In this document: in pieces, positions 31,944 to 32,000 of the stretch
How positions within the stretch are numbered: the first letter of the stretch is position 1
How the letters are laid out: every line of letters starts with the position of its first letter
Assembly (NCBI RefSeq): GCF_000012925.1
Contig: NC_007517.1
Span: forward strand, 30,001 to 62,000
Length of the DNA: 32,000 nucleotides
From: Geobacter metallireducens GS-15
GTDB taxonomy: Bacteria; Desulfobacterota; Desulfuromonadia; Geobacterales; Geobacteraceae
Direction: 5' to 3'
Translations under genes and position numbers: made by a program
Notes under the pieces: generated by a model
Told to the model about the DNA's origin: nothing
The model's input: only the letters and a program-made list of their open reading frames with translations
Databases searched by the model: none

Positions 31944-32000
31944 GGCTTTCCACCTTTCAGCAAATGAGGCGAGCATATCACTAAGCGGGGAGAGAAGGGA

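Overview
GC-rich chromosomal segment. The protein sequences look Geobacteraceae/Desulfuromonadales-like, judged by eye with no search run. Most of the window is core stress and housekeeping genes. On the + strand: a heme-type DUF3365-HAMP-PAS sensor, two small DUF507-like paralogs plus a lipoprotein, CIRCE-controlled groES-groEL, and a four-gene prkA / yeaH-like / spoVR / second prkA-like cluster. Further along: a U32 peptidase-like Fe-S protein, hslO (Hsp33), a cyclase/formamidase-like protein, a histidine-kinase/receiver/GGDEF protein, and a small Cys-rich protein. On the - strand: type I-beta DAHP synthase, a membrane metallophosphoesterase preceded by an untracked 50-aa zinc-ribbon ORF, DUF4126, a cupredoxin-like protein, two tandem kup K+ transporters, an RluA-family pseudouridine synthase and a NUDIX hydrolase. 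The only accessory DNA is at 28090-30536. It holds two apparently identical 1173-bp IS110-family elements, head-to-head, separated by 101 bp, lying between convergent genes and their shared terminator. The most interesting signals are as follows. (1) The 184-nt left-end non-coding region of the IS has a two-module fold whose loops match both IS termini, which suggests a bridge/guide RNA. (2) The IS pair forms a near-palindromic 2.4-kb structure. (3) A second, divergent PrkA-like ATPase closes the prkA-yeaH-spoVR operon, and strong intercistronic hairpins sit within it. (4) The kinase/receiver/GGDEF protein appears to lack both phospho-acceptor residues while keeping an intact GGEEF and I-site. 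No tRNA, rRNA or CRISPR array was seen.
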